Source: Neodothiora populina (taxonomy: Eukaryota). From it: a DNA stretch of 64,000 nucleotides. The stretch is taken from NCBI RefSeq assembly GCF_041146345.1, contig NW_027191409.1, positions 434,001-498,000 on the forward strand. The letters run 5' to 3'. Every line of letters begins with the position of its first letter. The first letter of the stretch is position 1. The position numbers and the translations under genes are program-made. Below, piece after piece: positions 12,918-27,299 of the stretch. The notes under the pieces were generated by a model, which did not search any database, was not told the DNA's origin, and saw only the letters and a program-made list of their open reading frames with translations.

Positions 12918-15638
12918 TCATCGGAACCTGGCTGAACATCTGCCCATGACCTCACCCTGGCACACAAGCTCGGCGTTGAACTCGGATCCGTCGAGCGTGA
13001 GATAAATGTCAAAGTAGACTCGGTAGAAAGTTCCTTGGGGTGTGTCCATGCGCTCAAAGTCCTTTTCCAGGTTTTTACGACTGAGGTCAGAAGTGAGCGT
13101 GACGACCTCCTTGATGCCTGTTGTGCTCATGTCAATAACTTGATCGTCTCGTCAGACAGCAAAACAAACTTACGGGGATCCTTTGTGTATTCCGGGCACA
13201 CGTCCTCGTCGCAGGCGTATAACACATCCTCGTACATGAGTGTGGCACCTGGCGCGACTTGTCTGAAGAAGCTAACTTTGACCGGCTCTCCAATCTTGAC
13301 TCGTTGCCCCTTTTGCACAAAAATCTGTCGCGTGTACTTGCAACGGTCTTTGCCATCCAAGCTGGGCACACGATACTGCTCAGGATGGTGACCCTCCTTG
13401 AACGGTTGCAGAGTCGCCATCAGGTAATGACGACGAGCGACACGGGAAGTAACCACGCGCTCGGTGATACCCGCAGTGACGGCGCCCTTGACGATAGCTG
13501 CGACCGAGTCCATAGGTCGCACGACCTTTGTCTGGAACTGTGGCGGCACATGAAGCTTGATCTGTTGGAAGAGATATTCCGAAGATCCGAATCCACCTAC
13601 GACTAGGACGTTCTAGACACACATCTGTCAGCAGGGCGCTTGATTGATGAAAGACAGAAACCGACTTACCTGTAGCTGGCGGTTTTGTGCCTGAATAGCG
13701 ATGATCTGATTTCTAACCAGCTCAAGAATCCTGTTGACGACGGGCTCGAAGCATTGCAGAATTTCCTCATTAGTAAAAGTCATGTAACCTTCCTCGATTC
13801 CGGCTTCGGGGAATTCAGCCTCGATACCGACATCCACAGCCCATTTCTGTCCATTATTGCGGAAATCTGCCTTGATTCGATTCTCAAAGTCCATGATACA
13901 CTTAGCGTAGACTCGACCGGCCGTCTTGGATCCATCGGGGAGCTTCATCTTTCTGATCTTGGCGCGCAGGATGTTGGAAAAGTTACGGTTGAGAGCAGTG
14001 GAGCCGCAAGAGTCTCCGGAACCAGCTGTGCACTCGGCGACGGTGAAGGGGTTCTCTTCTTCCACCTCGTACGCGATCAAATCAACAGTGCCACCACCGC
14101 AATCGACAATGAGAACAGCATCGTGGACCTTGAGGTTCAACAATCCAGTCTTCGAACAGAACATGGCAGCCGCCTCGGGCTCGGTGACAAGGGTCAGACG
14201 GTTGTCGTTCTCATCGCGAAGGAAACCGGCCTGGATGGCGGCCGCTCTTGTTGCTGCCTTGCCAGCATCGTTCCAGATGGCAGGGACGGTGAGGAAGTAT
14301 CTAATGTTGCGCTCTTCTCGCGTGAAGACTTCGCCGAGTGTCTTCTGAAGATAGTTGCGCATGGCTTGCCTTAATTTGAACAGGTAATCGGCGGCGACGT
14401 CGATCTCGGATTTGCCCGGGGGAAGTGGTGGAAGGTTGATGGGATCGATGTAGGTGTTTCCGCTCAGCATGAGTTGTAGCTTGAACCACTCGACCTTTTG
14501 CACGCCTGGCTTTGGATATCCGGTCGGGGCGAGGGCGTCTGCGATGTCTGGGCCCCAGCCGACGACTTGCTGGTGCTGATCGTAGTATAGTACTGTAGGG
14601 ATCTGTGACGACGTGTCAGCGCGCGGCCAGGCTATCTTTCTAGAGGCAACGACATACCTTTTGTTTGGTCTGAGTACCGGCGCCGGGCCACTCGACGATG
14701 ATGTCTTCTTTGGCTTCATTGTTCGTGGCAAAGGCGAATGCGACACCGGAAAAGGTGGTACCCTATACTACAGTGTAAGCAGCAGCACACAACAAAAAAA
14801 ACATAAGCGCATGGTAGAGACTCACAAAATCGATGCCGACGATGAGCTGGGCTTTGCTCCGCTGTCCATAACCTTCAACATCGCCATATTGTCTGTTATA
14901 ATGGGCAGGCTGTCCTACCATGTTCGGGGGCTGGTAGCCATACTGCGCAGGCGGTTGCAGAGGGTAGCCAGGTGGGCCCATGGGTGGGGCCTGCTGCTGC
15001 GCCTGGGCGGCATACAACTGCTGCTGGTGCGGCGGCATGTGGCCGTAGCCGGTATTGATGGGTGGCGGCATGGGCGAGGTGGGACGGCCTTGCATGTGAG
15101 GGGGAGGAGAGACGAGGTTGTTGTTGCTGTTGCTGTTGACGCCCGCGTTGGCGTGTTGGTACGAAGGCGGGCGCGCTGACGGATATTGATTGGGGTTCAT
15201 GGCGAGCGATGTGTTTGACGCGTTGGCTGCAGCTGCGACCGAGGACGGCGCTTGCCCGAGTTGACCTCCGGGTCCGAGTCCGAGTCCTGGTCGATTCGGT
15301 GATGATCCAATCGGTGGCGATGGGGCTCCAGGGCTCTGGTTGCCTGAGATGTGACCGCTGCCGCCAATGAGTCCTCCTCCCACGCCGCCGCCGCTTGTAG
15401 TAGATGATGATGTTAGTCCCGGAGCGCCTCCTCCTGGTGGTGGGACCGAGACGGCGCTGCTGTTGCTGTTGCTGTTGCTGTGACGTCCGTTGATGGTGGG
15501 CGCGTTGGAGCTGGTGAGGGAATTATTAGACTGTGTGGTAGCGAGGGTATTGTTGTTGTTATTGTTGTTGTGGCCGTTGGCTGTAGCTTTGCGTTTAGAC
15601 CCGACCAGGTTCCTGAAGCGCTGGTTCATGGACGACAT
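12918..15638 (-). CDS. Hsp70-family (HSPA12-like, fungal) actin-fold ATPase with long low-complexity N-terminus, ~829 aa; exons 15638-14826, 14762-14658, 14602-13670, 13612-13174, 13117-12918
   Basis: Spliced motifs IVGIDF|GTTFSGVA, LTVPAIW, VTEPEAAA, IVDCGGGTVDL, LVVGGFGSSEYL. Four canonical introns give a continuous 2490-nt frame. Confidence 0.9.
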
Positions 15639-18600
15639 CAATTCATCAGTCACTGCTCGGTAAGGAGCGATCGCGTGCGTCAGACGCGCTGATTGCCAGA
15701 TATTAAAAGTCTAGACAAACGGAAAGAGGGTAAAAAAAAGCCTTAGCAGCCTTGACTCCCTTGGACCTTTGACCCTCGGAAAAGTGGTGAAGTCGCACAA
15801 GCACAAAGGAAAAAGGAAAGCGGGCGGTGACACTGGGCTGCAGTAGCCAATGTTAGTCTGGTATGGGTAGGTAAGGTAGCCTAGCGTGGTGATAATGCAA
15901 TTGGATTGTGCCAACGATGAGGCCGACAGGCAATGCAAACAACAAGATTAATGCCCGGCTTCGACTTGGACTTGGACTTTCAGGCCAACCCTTCTCTCGA
16001 ACGGGCGCAGCAGCTTGCTTTGCTTCCTTCGGCCAAGGCGAAATGTCAAAAGCCAAGGAAATGCGAGTCGGGGTTTGGAAACTGTTGGCCAAGTAAATTT
16101 TATGAATCACCGAAATGCGCGCAAGGTCAGGTCAGGTAGGCTCGGCTTGGTTCCTTTGCTGTACGAGTGATCGACGCGCGGAGGGGGGAAACGGAGGGGA
16201 GGGGACCTCGGGGACCTCTGCTGATGGGGGGCCAAGGGGAAGGGACCTTTGCCTGTACACAGGGATCTTTGAGCCCGGTGGCCTGGTGTCGAGGCGCCTG
16301 CACACCAGTACTGTTACTGTACTTTCACTTCAATGCTGTACTGTGCTGTGCTGTAGGCGAGTGGGGACAGAGCAAGGTGGATAACACGGAGTCCACGTCT
16401 CCACTATCGCAGGCTCAAGCCAGTCAAATTCCACCGTCTACAGTGAAACATACAGTGACACTGTGATTCTCCACCAAACGCAAACAGGTGGGAAAGCAGA
16501 ATCTCGCGACAAGGACGATAGGGTCAGGCAAACTTGTAGGTCTGCCAAAAGAAGATAAAGCCAGCAGGTAATAGGCAATAAGCAGATGCGATGCAACCGA
16601 TTATTTGCTGTGGAAAGAGAGGATAGCCTTGCCCTCGAGGCTGAGATCAGCTGAACTGCCCTGTGCAAGTGTTTTTGCGGAAAGAGGTGGGCTGCCTTTC
16701 CCGACTCCTTTGGCTTTGGGCCGGCAACCCTCGTTCAGGCTCTCAGAACCACCTCTTCAGCTAAGAACCCACTAGCTTTGCTTTAGTGATGTGAAATGCG
16801 CTGGGTTGCTAGTACAAGTGGTATCATAAGCAGAACAACATGTCAAATGAATGATAGCTTGATCATGGTCCTGGCCCACGGGATCACCGCCCGACCCAGG
16901 ACAAGCAATCTAAAAGTAACTGGGATCCTGCATAAACAACCTAACCATCACGATTTGTGAAGCGTCAACAACGGTGCAAGGGTCATCGACTTGACATTTC
17001 GAGCGTTCTTGTTGCCCAACGTCCTCGCTGGCCATGCAAACCAAGGTTGCCTCGAAAACATCATGGCGCCGCCGCTGTCGTCCCGTTATCCGTGGGCCAA
17101 CGATTGGTCTTTTGCGAGGTTCCTTGCAGAGTCTATTTACCTACTCTTTTCCTCAGCGCAGCCACGACGAGTTCTAGAAACCCGGCACGGGAACACAGTA
17201 CCCTATCTAGAGGTGATTGTGTGTCTGAACGTCTGGCTCAGTCATGCCGTTCGGGCCGCCAATTCGAAGTGAACGGGGAGCTTAAATGGTCAGAGAATCA
17301 TATCATTATTTCTACAACATGAAGTGATTTCTCTCTCGCGCTCTTTTTCTTCCAGCAGTAAACACGTACGATGTGTAGTACCACTGTAGACATGTAGACA
17401 CACACGACCACGAGAACAGAAGTCGGACATTAGCACACCGGATCTAAAGAAACACTAACTACAGTAGCACCGCCCACCATAGAATGGGGGCCCGCACGCG
17501 CCGCGGACGCAATCTACCTTATTATAACAACCCTCACAAGCCGCAATAATATGCGAAGATCGACCGACTTTTAAGATGGTGGGCTCCACTCGGAGGTAGA
17601 TTATAATAGTCAATTCGACTAGAGGTAGATCACTTCTTTTTGGTCTTCTTCTGGTGAGTACAATCTTGTGGATACAACACAAGATTTTCGCTGTCTTGGA
17701 GGAAGAGGAAAAACGAAGGATTGTTGAAGTTACTGTACCGTACCGCTCTGAGTGTTGTTAGAAGAGGAAGCATATTCCTATAACATATATACTTATACAC
17801 CCAACTTATCATCAAGACAGACATAAAGAAAGACATAAAACGCATCTATAGACCCCGATCCCTATCTCTTCATCCCCTTTCGTATCTTCCGTCCGTATAA
17901 TAATGAGACATTTTATATATCTCAATGACTAATGCGAACACGACTGTTCACTTTTAGAGTCCCAACGGCGGCACTCGGTGGTACAATAGTAATTATAGAG
18001 CAAATGGGGAAGTTCAGGTAAGTAGCCCCCCCCCCTCGTATACACCTCGAGAAAGACCATAAATAGCGAAGATCAGAGAGAAAGAGGAAAGGGGGCATCG
18101 GACCTATTGTTGGGAATGTCGGGCTCGAGGCTCGAGACTCGAGACGAGCATGTATGCGTAGTGCAAGCAAACAAGCAAGTACATTGAGTGGTGAGTCAAG
18201 TTCAAGTCTGGTCGCTGTCTACCTCCTTGTTCTTGTGGCAAAGAAGATCTACTATGAGCACAGACAGGTGAGCGAAGACAAGCGATTGAAGAGGGAGGTA
18301 TTGGACCTGGACTTCTTGGCTTACTCGCTTGTTTGCTCAGCTATAGGGAGGGAAGGCGATATATCTCATTTGCTTACCTTAGGATTTCCCTCTCTTTGGT
18401 TGATCTGTATGAGTGGTTCTTGTATCGCCAGTGAACAATGTATGAATCGGATCGAATAAATTGATGAAATCGGATACACGCAAGAAAAAGGCAGAGTCTA
18501 AGATGTATATGATGAGTCCAAGCATCTATTCGTCGTTCATTTAGTCTTACATACTTTCTATACATTGATGTTACTGTGAGGCTCGTTGGCTTCTTCTATT

Positions 18601-18905
18601 TTTCTGCGTCCGTCGATTCAAGATCTCTCCTTCATATCAAAACATATCTCTTCTGCTTCCCCCCTTTCTATATAAACAAGGTGAAGAGGTTGCGTTCTGC
18701 AAAAATGCCATCATGCACAACCCAAAAACGCCGTGGATATATGCACAACGTGGAAAGTGCATCGCTTGCTGTAAGTAGAAAAAAAAACATATGGGAAAGA
18801 CAAATGTCCTTGGTCCATATCACACGGAAAATAAATACCAAAACTCCAGTTCAGATTTGCACGAGCATGCATATCGAACTTCTTCCAGAGATCCCAATTG
18901 CACAT

Positions 18906-21900
18906 CTAGTGGAAGAAGTAAGTGCTTTGCTTCAGCCTTCTCACGTCGAAAGTTCCCTTTTCTGGAACAGCTGGGAAATGCAACGGTAGCCAGACATATG
19001 CTCTGCGCACTTGTTGCTTCTTCTTTCCACTCTTCGATGCAGTCTGCGACGTCGAAGAAGCTGATGTCTCGTCATCGGCGGCATCGTCAACCATTTCAGA
19101 CACGTCCGCGTCTTCATCCGGAGTCGAGTCCACGAGGGTAGAGACCTTTGCGTCGAAATTCGTAGCTGCCGCTTCGTCTGAAGGGATCTCACCGAGCTTC
19201 GAGTCTGTGATGTCGGCAGGAATGGCAAGAGCTTGTTCTGCGTCCTTTTCGGCGGCGAAGATCGATCCTGCCGTGACCATTTCCTCGCCTCGCTTGCGCT
19301 CCTCTGGGTTCTCGCTCACCAGCAGTCTGTGTCGTTCAGCCTCGATGAGCAATTCGTTCACCTGATAAGACTGATCGGCTCCCTGCTTCACACCGGGGCT
19401 GGCCTTGCGCCTCTTCTGAAAGTCCATGATTTTCTTGCCCACGGAAGATCGAAGATCCACCGAAGCAAGGTACATTGCACCCTTGTAGCGGGCCTCGAAC
19501 TCATGACGCAGACGGCCGATGATGTCTTCACTGTGCATATCAACGAAGGCATCGCGTAGGATGCGGGAAAGATCATTGATGTCGCAGGCGTGCGTCCAGA
19601 AGGAGTCGTGAATAGAAGCGAAAGCAATGCCACGCTCGTAGCACTTGTTCGCCGAAAGCATCATATGCGTCGCGTCCAAAGAGTGGATAAAGTTCGGAGG
19701 GAATCCTTGAAGCTGCTTTCGCCTACTGACTGGGTCGAGAGTGGTGGGCTCCTGCAGCGAAAGCTTTGACAAGCTGGTCGGCACCAATCTACGCTTCGTG
19801 GTGCGATAAGGTTGGACGACCGGCAGGCGAAGAGGAGTAGTCCAGATCACAGAGGATCGGAAGAGTTGTTTCGAGGAGCTAAGGCGTGCAAGTGACTCGA
19901 GAGACCTGCGGCCCTTGCCGGCTTTCTTCGGGTTCACGGCGGCGAGCGGGTCAACGCCTGGGGCTCGTTGCATTTCCTGGATCTGCTCGAGGGTGACGCA
20001 GTGGGAGATGCGGTCAGCGCATTCACCGAGCCATTGCTGAATGGCTTGCGCGCCCCTGAACATCTCTCCCAGAGACTCAAAAATCTTCCTGGCTACATAC
20101 GATGCAAGGGTGAGATGGTCGATCGGATCACTGGCTTTGATCTCGGGGAACAGCTCTTCGAGTTGCCTCTTGACCTGCAGACGAGCACCGTAGTAGGTCA
20201 CACCGTAGACGTTGGTCATGACAGGCTGCTTCACCACCTTTCTAGTAATGCGCCCGTGTAGGATCTTGGCCACTGGATGTCCTTCCTTAAAGTCGCGCTC
20301 GACCTGGGCTCTGACACCATCTGCAACGGCTGTGTAGACGTCTGATGGACGGTCGCCGGGCTCGAGGTTGACCTGTCTTGCACCGATGGCATCGCCACCG
20401 AGAGCTGCGTAATGCTGTAGACCGTTGCAAGTACCGTCCTGATGGATAGGAAGGGTAGACACAAATTTGGTCGGATCAGGAGAATCAAGCGCTGCCTTGA
20501 GCTCGCAGCACGCTGCGAGTGTCTGCCAAGCATCCTCTGACTTGAGCCACCACCTGCCTCCGCTGAGTGGGTTTGTCGCGGAATCGTAGACGTCGGACAA
20601 GTGCTCCATGACGAACTCTTCACGTTCCCGCAGGGACGCTTTGTCGTATCCGAAGACGTTGGCCAGATGGATCTTCAACCAACGCAGGCCCTCCACACCT
20701 AATTCCTTGCCATCGGCAAACTTCATCAGGGCGCGCACATTGTCGGCACCCATATGGTTCAGGTACGGCGGGATGGGATATGCCCTGCCGCGGAAGTCAA
20801 TGTTGTGTGGGAAGTACATCTTCTCGTGGCGGAAAGCCCGGGCAATCTCGAGCTGGAAGTTCTGGAAGCAGCGCTGTGAGTGGTAACCGGAAATCTTGTC
20901 CGCTTGCTCCTTCTTGAGTCGTCTGTAAGTGCGCATAGCGTCCGCGTTCGTTTCATCGGCCGGCTTCTCTACTGCTTCCTCGGTCGGTTGCAGGGGAGCG
21001 AAATTTGCAATGGCCTCTCCTGTGTTCCATGCTTCGACCTGTACGCGGAGCACATCCTCGTTGATCTGCCACGGGATCTTGCCTAGGACATCCAGGGCAG
21101 AGAAGATTTGGGTCAAGTCACCTCTGTTAATTGCGGCGCGGGCGTAGTCTCGAGGAACCTTGTCCGCGGTTCCGAAACGAATGACGGAGGTCGGGTAGTA
21201 GAGGTAGCCGCCTTTGCTGAAGTCGGTCCATGGCTCCGGCTCGATGACCATGGGAAGTCGCTTGGCGATAAGGTGGCCCACAGGGTCTCTGTCCAGCTTC
21301 TCAATCAGATCACTGCAAGCACTCAGGAGTCCTTGCTTGCGGCCGTGTTCATACACAGTCTTGTGCAGGAAAGCTGGCTGAAGCTGGGTGACGACCTCTT
21401 TAGATCTGGGATGCGTGCGGGAGACGGGCATCTTGGCGGTCTCGATGAGTTTCGAAACGAGCATTGCGCCCAATTTCACGCGAATGGTCAAGGGCCACTG
21501 GAGATCCGAAGGTTCGAGCATTGCGCGTTTGCTCGGTTTCGCTTCCGAAGCTGGTTTGGCTCGCTTCGAAGCCTTCTTCTTGCGCTCGGCCTTCTGCGCA
21601 GCCAGTAAGACTGCCTCGTTCTGCAAACTCTTTCCGATGTTTGCGCTCAAGCGCGCGAGCTTCAATTCCGTGGTAAAGAGACCGGTGTTTCTGTCCTTGC
21701 CACCAGCGATGAGTGACATGACGTAGAGAATGGTGGTGGCGGCAACCTGGGGTAAAGGAACAGACTCGAGGTGAGCGCCGTAGGCCAGACGATCATCGTT
21801 GATGGCTTCTTGCTTGTCCGCGCGGTCGAGAAGCTTGCGACACTCGGCAAGCTCTTCCTGCAGAACAGGCAGTAGTGCAGAGTACCACTGCCACATCAAG

Positions 21901-22235
21901 CCACCGATGGGACGGTGAGGATCCAATTCGCTGTGGATACCTAGGGCTTTGAGGTGCTGGTCTTCGTTCTTCCATTTCTCAACAGCGGCCTCGCTGGCAC
22001 TCTCCTCGATGATCTGTTGACGCTCTCTTCTCGTCAGCGGGGCACGGGCTCCATCGGCATATATGGTTGGGTTCAAGGCCTCCTCGGCGCGGTGTAAGGT
22101 GTTCTTCAGGGTGGTCAGACCGAAGCCCTTCTGCTCGGTCTGGACCAGGCGTGGGAGATCCTTGAACATCCCGGGAAGTGTGTCAGGAATATCGGCGTCG
22201 TCCTTTCCAGGCAGCGCAGATTCGCCTTCCGTGTC

Positions 22236-22268
<33 letters not shown>

Positions 22269-23159
22269 GTCCAATTCTTGAAGATCAAGGTCTTCCGGGG
22301 CAAATTCAGGCATGATTTCGACCAAGGTCCAGAGTTGCTCGTCGGTGTAATCCTCGGAATTGATGACCTCATCGACCATCTCATCGCCCTGAGCGACTGC
22401 GAGATGATAGTATTGACGAACAGCTCTTTCCAGTTTGACGCCCTCGAGTGCATCCAGAGCGCCACGAATCATGGTGACCAGCACCCTCGAGTCGATGGAA
22501 ACGTTCTTCGCCATGACCTCATTCTCAAACCAGTCCGTCATGTCCTCAAAGACGAGCTGCCTGCCATGGCGATCCGAGGGCATGCTTCCCAAGCGAGCAT
22601 CGAGGAATTTGAAGTGGACGTAGGGTACATAGTGGGGGGCGACATTCTGATCGACGAGTCTGTGTATGATACGCTTGCATCTGCCAAAGCGTTCGACTCT
22701 CAGGTTTGTCTCGATATTTTCAAGCATGTCTTCCGGCCAGCCTCCTATGCCCATTCTCGAGCGCATGTACTCTTGCGGCTGGGCGACCGACTCTCGGAGG
22801 TCAATGAAGGGCAGGTCTGGATCTGAGGACGGCGAGAATTGATCCCATGATTGCGGCTTGGCGTCTGTGATGTTCGGAGGAGGGTAGTGAGGCACAGAGG
22901 TGGACTGGTAGGCTTCTGCGGCGGTGGCCAGGTGTCTGGCTTGAGAGTGGGAGAGACTCTGCAGCCTCGATGGTGGCAAGCGTGAGGGGGCGACTGTTTT
23001 CGAAGATTGTGATCGGACCTGGGCGGCGTGCCGTGAATGTCTTTCGCTCCATCGTAGCTGTGCAGGACAGAGGAAGGGTAGGTGGAGCGAATCGGCGAGA
23101 TGTGCAAGTTGCAACGAGGAATGGCGGCTCTGCCTACGACCAGCGGCGCGGACAAGCAT
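18906..23159 (-). CDS. RPO41: Mitochondrial (T7/T3-type) single-subunit RNA polymerase
   Basis: 1417-aa single ORF with an Arg-rich presequence-like start; DFRGRAY, HQDGTCNGLQHYAAL (motif A), RKVVKQPVMTNVYG (motif B), PNFIHSLDA, IHDSFW (motif C), C-terminal YFFH. Confidence 0.97.
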
Positions 23160-24584
23160 TATGTAGGATTAATAAGAAGGGAACGGTGTTTTTATGGACA
23201 AGAAGAAGAGGAAAACGAAGACGAAGACGAAGGCAAAATGCCGAAACAAGAGTGGCGCTTCTCGCTAGGGCCAACCCTGCTCTTGGTAGACGTGGCTGTG
23301 AAACACCTAAACGCAGACAGAATAGCAAAAGATAGATGGCGCGGAAGCAAGGGGAATTGTCGTCGGGGAAGATGGAAGGGCGAAGGCGAAATGAATAAGA
23401 TGAAGCTGGGAGAATGGCTCTTGCCTTCTTCTTCCTCTTCCTGCACTTCTTTTAGTGCCTAAAAAGATGCAAGAGCGTCGGAGCTTCAGGGTCTGATCGC
23501 AGCCCTTGCCGAATCCGACACTTCCCCAAAGAGACGTGTAGACTTTTTTCTGGAAGCATGGCACGTGCACAATGTTATACCTGTACAAGTACCCTACTTG
23601 TACCATCCCAAGGGTACAGTATACAGTATATGAGATGCCTGTAGAAACACATGTCCAAAGGTGTACAGCGAGTGTTTGTATCATACATGTGTCCTACTCT
23701 CTATCGTGTTCATGCGGTGTACGTTTAGAGACTTCAAGTTCGTAGCGAGCGACTGATCTCGTTCTCTCGCCACTCAGCAATGTTTTGACGATGGCTGTGT
23801 TAAAATGATCTTGCATTTGGGAGTCCTTGCATTTACAAACAGATCAATCCATCTAAATTCTTCAGGTGAGCCAAAGAGTCTGCGCACATGATCGTGTAGC
23901 ACCTCGTTCGCCTCACTACTCCCACTCTGTTCTCTTCGACGGCGTAGCTCATGATCGCATGGCTCGAATGCCAGGGCATTCTGCAAGTACAGCAATTACT
24001 GAGGTGCCTTGCATTCCAATTTCGTTATCACAACCGCCGATACAGGTACCCTACTCCAGGCTGTACTGTGGTGTTATTCCGACTTGCCTTGATGTCAAGG
24101 CTTGTACGAGTATCGGAGGCCAAGGCCGAGGTCCACAGCCCAGACCGACATGTGAGCATTGCTCATGCTCTGCATCTGGACTCTTGGATATCTTACTATA
24201 GAGAGGCACAAGGGCAGAAACAGGGCGGTCGGAGGTGTGTCATTACTAGGTAGCTTTATAGGTACTTGTAGTTCCTTGCCTTTACCTACTTCGTTGTAGG
24301 CAATACTTATGCTTATCCCGACTCTTCCACCTCGTCACATTCGAGGGTGTGTTCGTGCTGTTGTCGTCACAGGCACAAAATAAATCAAGACACGCGATCA
24401 GATAATTGTTTTCCTCACCGTTCTGCTATGTTCGAACTTTCTTATTCATCTCTGCTATGAACTGAAAAATCAAGCAATCTTCGTGACAGCATGCTGCGAC
24501 AACATCCGTCCGAATAAATACAACATCGCCACCAACAAACAATCTCTACCACCATAAAACACTGTCCTCAACCACCACGACACA

Positions 24585-26858
24585 ATGGCCGTACCTCGGG
24601 GCCGCAGCCCGCCGAGGACGAGGCATAGACATTCGCGGTCCGTGGAAGACGATGAGGCCATGCTATCTGTACGCCCTGTTCCCTTCTACTTTTGCAACGA
24701 TGCATGTTAATCCATCATGATCACAGTCCCGCCAGCTCGAGGCATTTGGCCGCACCGTCCATGCCACAGCCTCACAGCTCATCGGTCTTCCCACCACCGG
24801 CGAGGTCAATCAACACTACCAAGCAGCCATTGGCGAGATCCACCGAGAGTTGCGTCGTCCTCTGATCCAACGATCCGTCTGGTCTCTGGCTAAGACGAAC
24901 CCGCGCGAACTCGTCCGCAGCACTCTCAACACCACCGAAATCCAGCATCGCGCCCTGACCCATCTACCCGACGAACTTTTGCGACATGTGCCCGAGAGCA
25001 ACGCCACTTACAGCCTGTTCCAAGGCTTCCAAGCCAGCCTTCCAGAGGAGGATGCTAAGAAAAAGAAGAGACACAGTCGCCACAACTCCAAAGGTCAGAA
25101 ACTGATAGACACGCACCAATCCCCCGACTCCTCTCCCACTGCCAACCATGGCCTCGACCAGGTCAAGGACCAGAAGCACAAGCTGGACCACAGGCTGGAG
25201 ATGATGGGAGTTCGAAAGAACATGTGTGTTTCCGAAATCCGTGAGATTGACACCAAAATCGCAAACCTCAACACCATGCGCAAAATCGTCCTGGACCGCC
25301 TGGCCGGACTGGAGTCCGAGGAAGCCGATCTGGAGCACGACATAACGGAAGTGAGTAACAAATTAGAAGACCTGCAAGAGGAGCTCGAGGACGCCGCCGC
25401 CCTCGCCCAGAAATCGCCCACCATCGGAGTCAGTCGTCCATCCACATCGTCGGACGCGCCCTTCACCGAAGAACCGGACACGCCAGGCTTCATGTCCGAG
25501 AGCATCTACGACAAACTTCCTATGCAAAAGACATCTCCGGTCAAGAAGCGCAAGTCTCGACCCAACCGCCGTATCTCAATGCCTGTTCTGCATGAGCACC
25601 TCGCCCCGGGCAGCCGCATCCGTGAGTTCCAAGCCCATACCGACATGGTGACCGCTCTCGACTTCGACCAACCTTTCGGCACCCTCGTCACTAGCGCCAT
25701 GGACGACACTGTGCGCGTCTGGGATTTGAACGCTGCGCGATGCCTGGGCATGCTAGAGGGTCATCTGTCTTCTGTCCGCTGCCTGCAAGTGGTTGACAAT
25801 CTCGTCGCAACCGGATCCATGGATGCCTCCATCAAGCTGTGGGATCTGTCACAAGCCGAATACACTCCCCCGCCAACCTCCTCTGCCGCTCTTCGCCACG
25901 TCCCACAGCCTTTCGACGAGGATGAGGAGGACGGTGAGGGTAATGGGGAGCCATCGGCCTTGTTTGCAAGCAGTGACGAAGCACCCATCGCCGCAGCAGC
26001 ACCTCCCGCCGCTAATCTGAGCGAATGTGAAGTCTTCACTCTCTCCGCTCACGTCGCCGAAGTGACCGCCCTCCATATGCACAACAACACCCTCGTGTCT
26101 GGCAGCGCGGACAAGACCCTGCGACAATGGGATCTGGAAAAGGGCCGGTGTGTGCAGACGCTTGATGTCCTCTGGGCCGCGGCTCAGGTCAACACACTCA
26201 GCGCCCCATCAGACACGGCAGGTGCAGGAGGCTGGTTCCAACCCATGGCAGGAGCAGCACGAGGCCGAACATTGGATCCCGAAGCCGATTTCGTCGGAGC
26301 TGTGCAAGTCTTCGACGCCGCGCTGGCTTGCGGCACTGCCGATGGCATGGTGAGACTTTGGGACCTGCGGAGCGGAACCGTGAGCAGGAGCTTGGTAGGC
26401 CACACGGGACCCGTCACCGCTCTGCAATTTGACGACGTGCATCTCGTCACCGGCTCCGCAGACCGAAGCGTAAGAGTGAGTGCTCATTTCTCATATTACC
26501 ATTCCCTTCCTTAATCTCCTTAATGCTGACACTTCCACAGATCTGGGACCTCAGAACCGGGACCCTATATGACGCATTCGCATACGACTCGCCCATCCTG
26601 TCCATGCAATTCGACACCCGCCACATCATCTCGGCCATCGGCGACCCCGTGGTCAAAGTCTTTGACAAAGCCGAGGGCCGACACTGGGACTGCGGCGCGG
26701 GTGCGGTGGCGGCGCAAGAACTCGAGCAAATGGTCGACGAGGAAGACCGAGTGCGCGGCTTGGGGACTGCGTTGAGCGCCGTCGAGCGGGTGCGCGTCAA
26801 GGAAGGGTATATGGTTGAGGGACGCAGGGATGGTGTCGTCGGCGTGTGGTCTTGCTGA
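24585..26858 (+). CDS. MDV1: Mitochondrial fission adaptor, WD40 protein Mdv1/Caf4 (~716 aa); exons 24585-24668, 24727-26475, 26541-26858
   Basis: [15 protein letters not shown]-terminal segment, [10 protein letters not shown], coiled coil, then WD40 repeats ([41 protein letters not shown]). Introns 24669-24726 and 26476-26540 are canonical. Confidence 0.9.
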
Positions 26859-27299
26859 AGTCGGCGTTCTAGAGACATCTAGAGAGGACGTGGAAGAGGC
26901 TGGACTTTTGGTGTCAGGAACTGAAGAGGAAAAACAGCACCAGCAACAACTACACCCACAACATGAGGTCAAACGGAAAAGAAAAGAAAAAGGAACATGA
27001 GGGGCAGGAAGATATTCTTTTTTGTTCTACACACATTGTATATCCTGTACGAACATTATGCACACATCTACTACTATCCATTACATCTCCACACTACTGC
27101 AGAAGAAGAAAAGAAAGGAAAAAGAGGGTTCTCGCTTTTACTTGGTGTTCTGACCGCAACATCCCGACAATGTGATGATGAAATATGTGAGCTTCCTCTT
27201 GTACTTCTCTACGACTCACGCTAGAATCACTTATCTTTGATGGAAATGCCACACACATGCATGTGGAAGCGCAGGGCGTGCAACTTGCAGAACCTACCT

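Noticed and set aside
17450..18070. AT/TpA-rich patch containing ATATTCCTA (17772-80), identical to the snR30 m1 motif; possible RIP relic
   Set aside because: There is no m2 (AAACCAT) plus ACA at the right spacing, and no terminal repeats or transposase remnant. CpA is still common, so RIP cannot be supported by eye.
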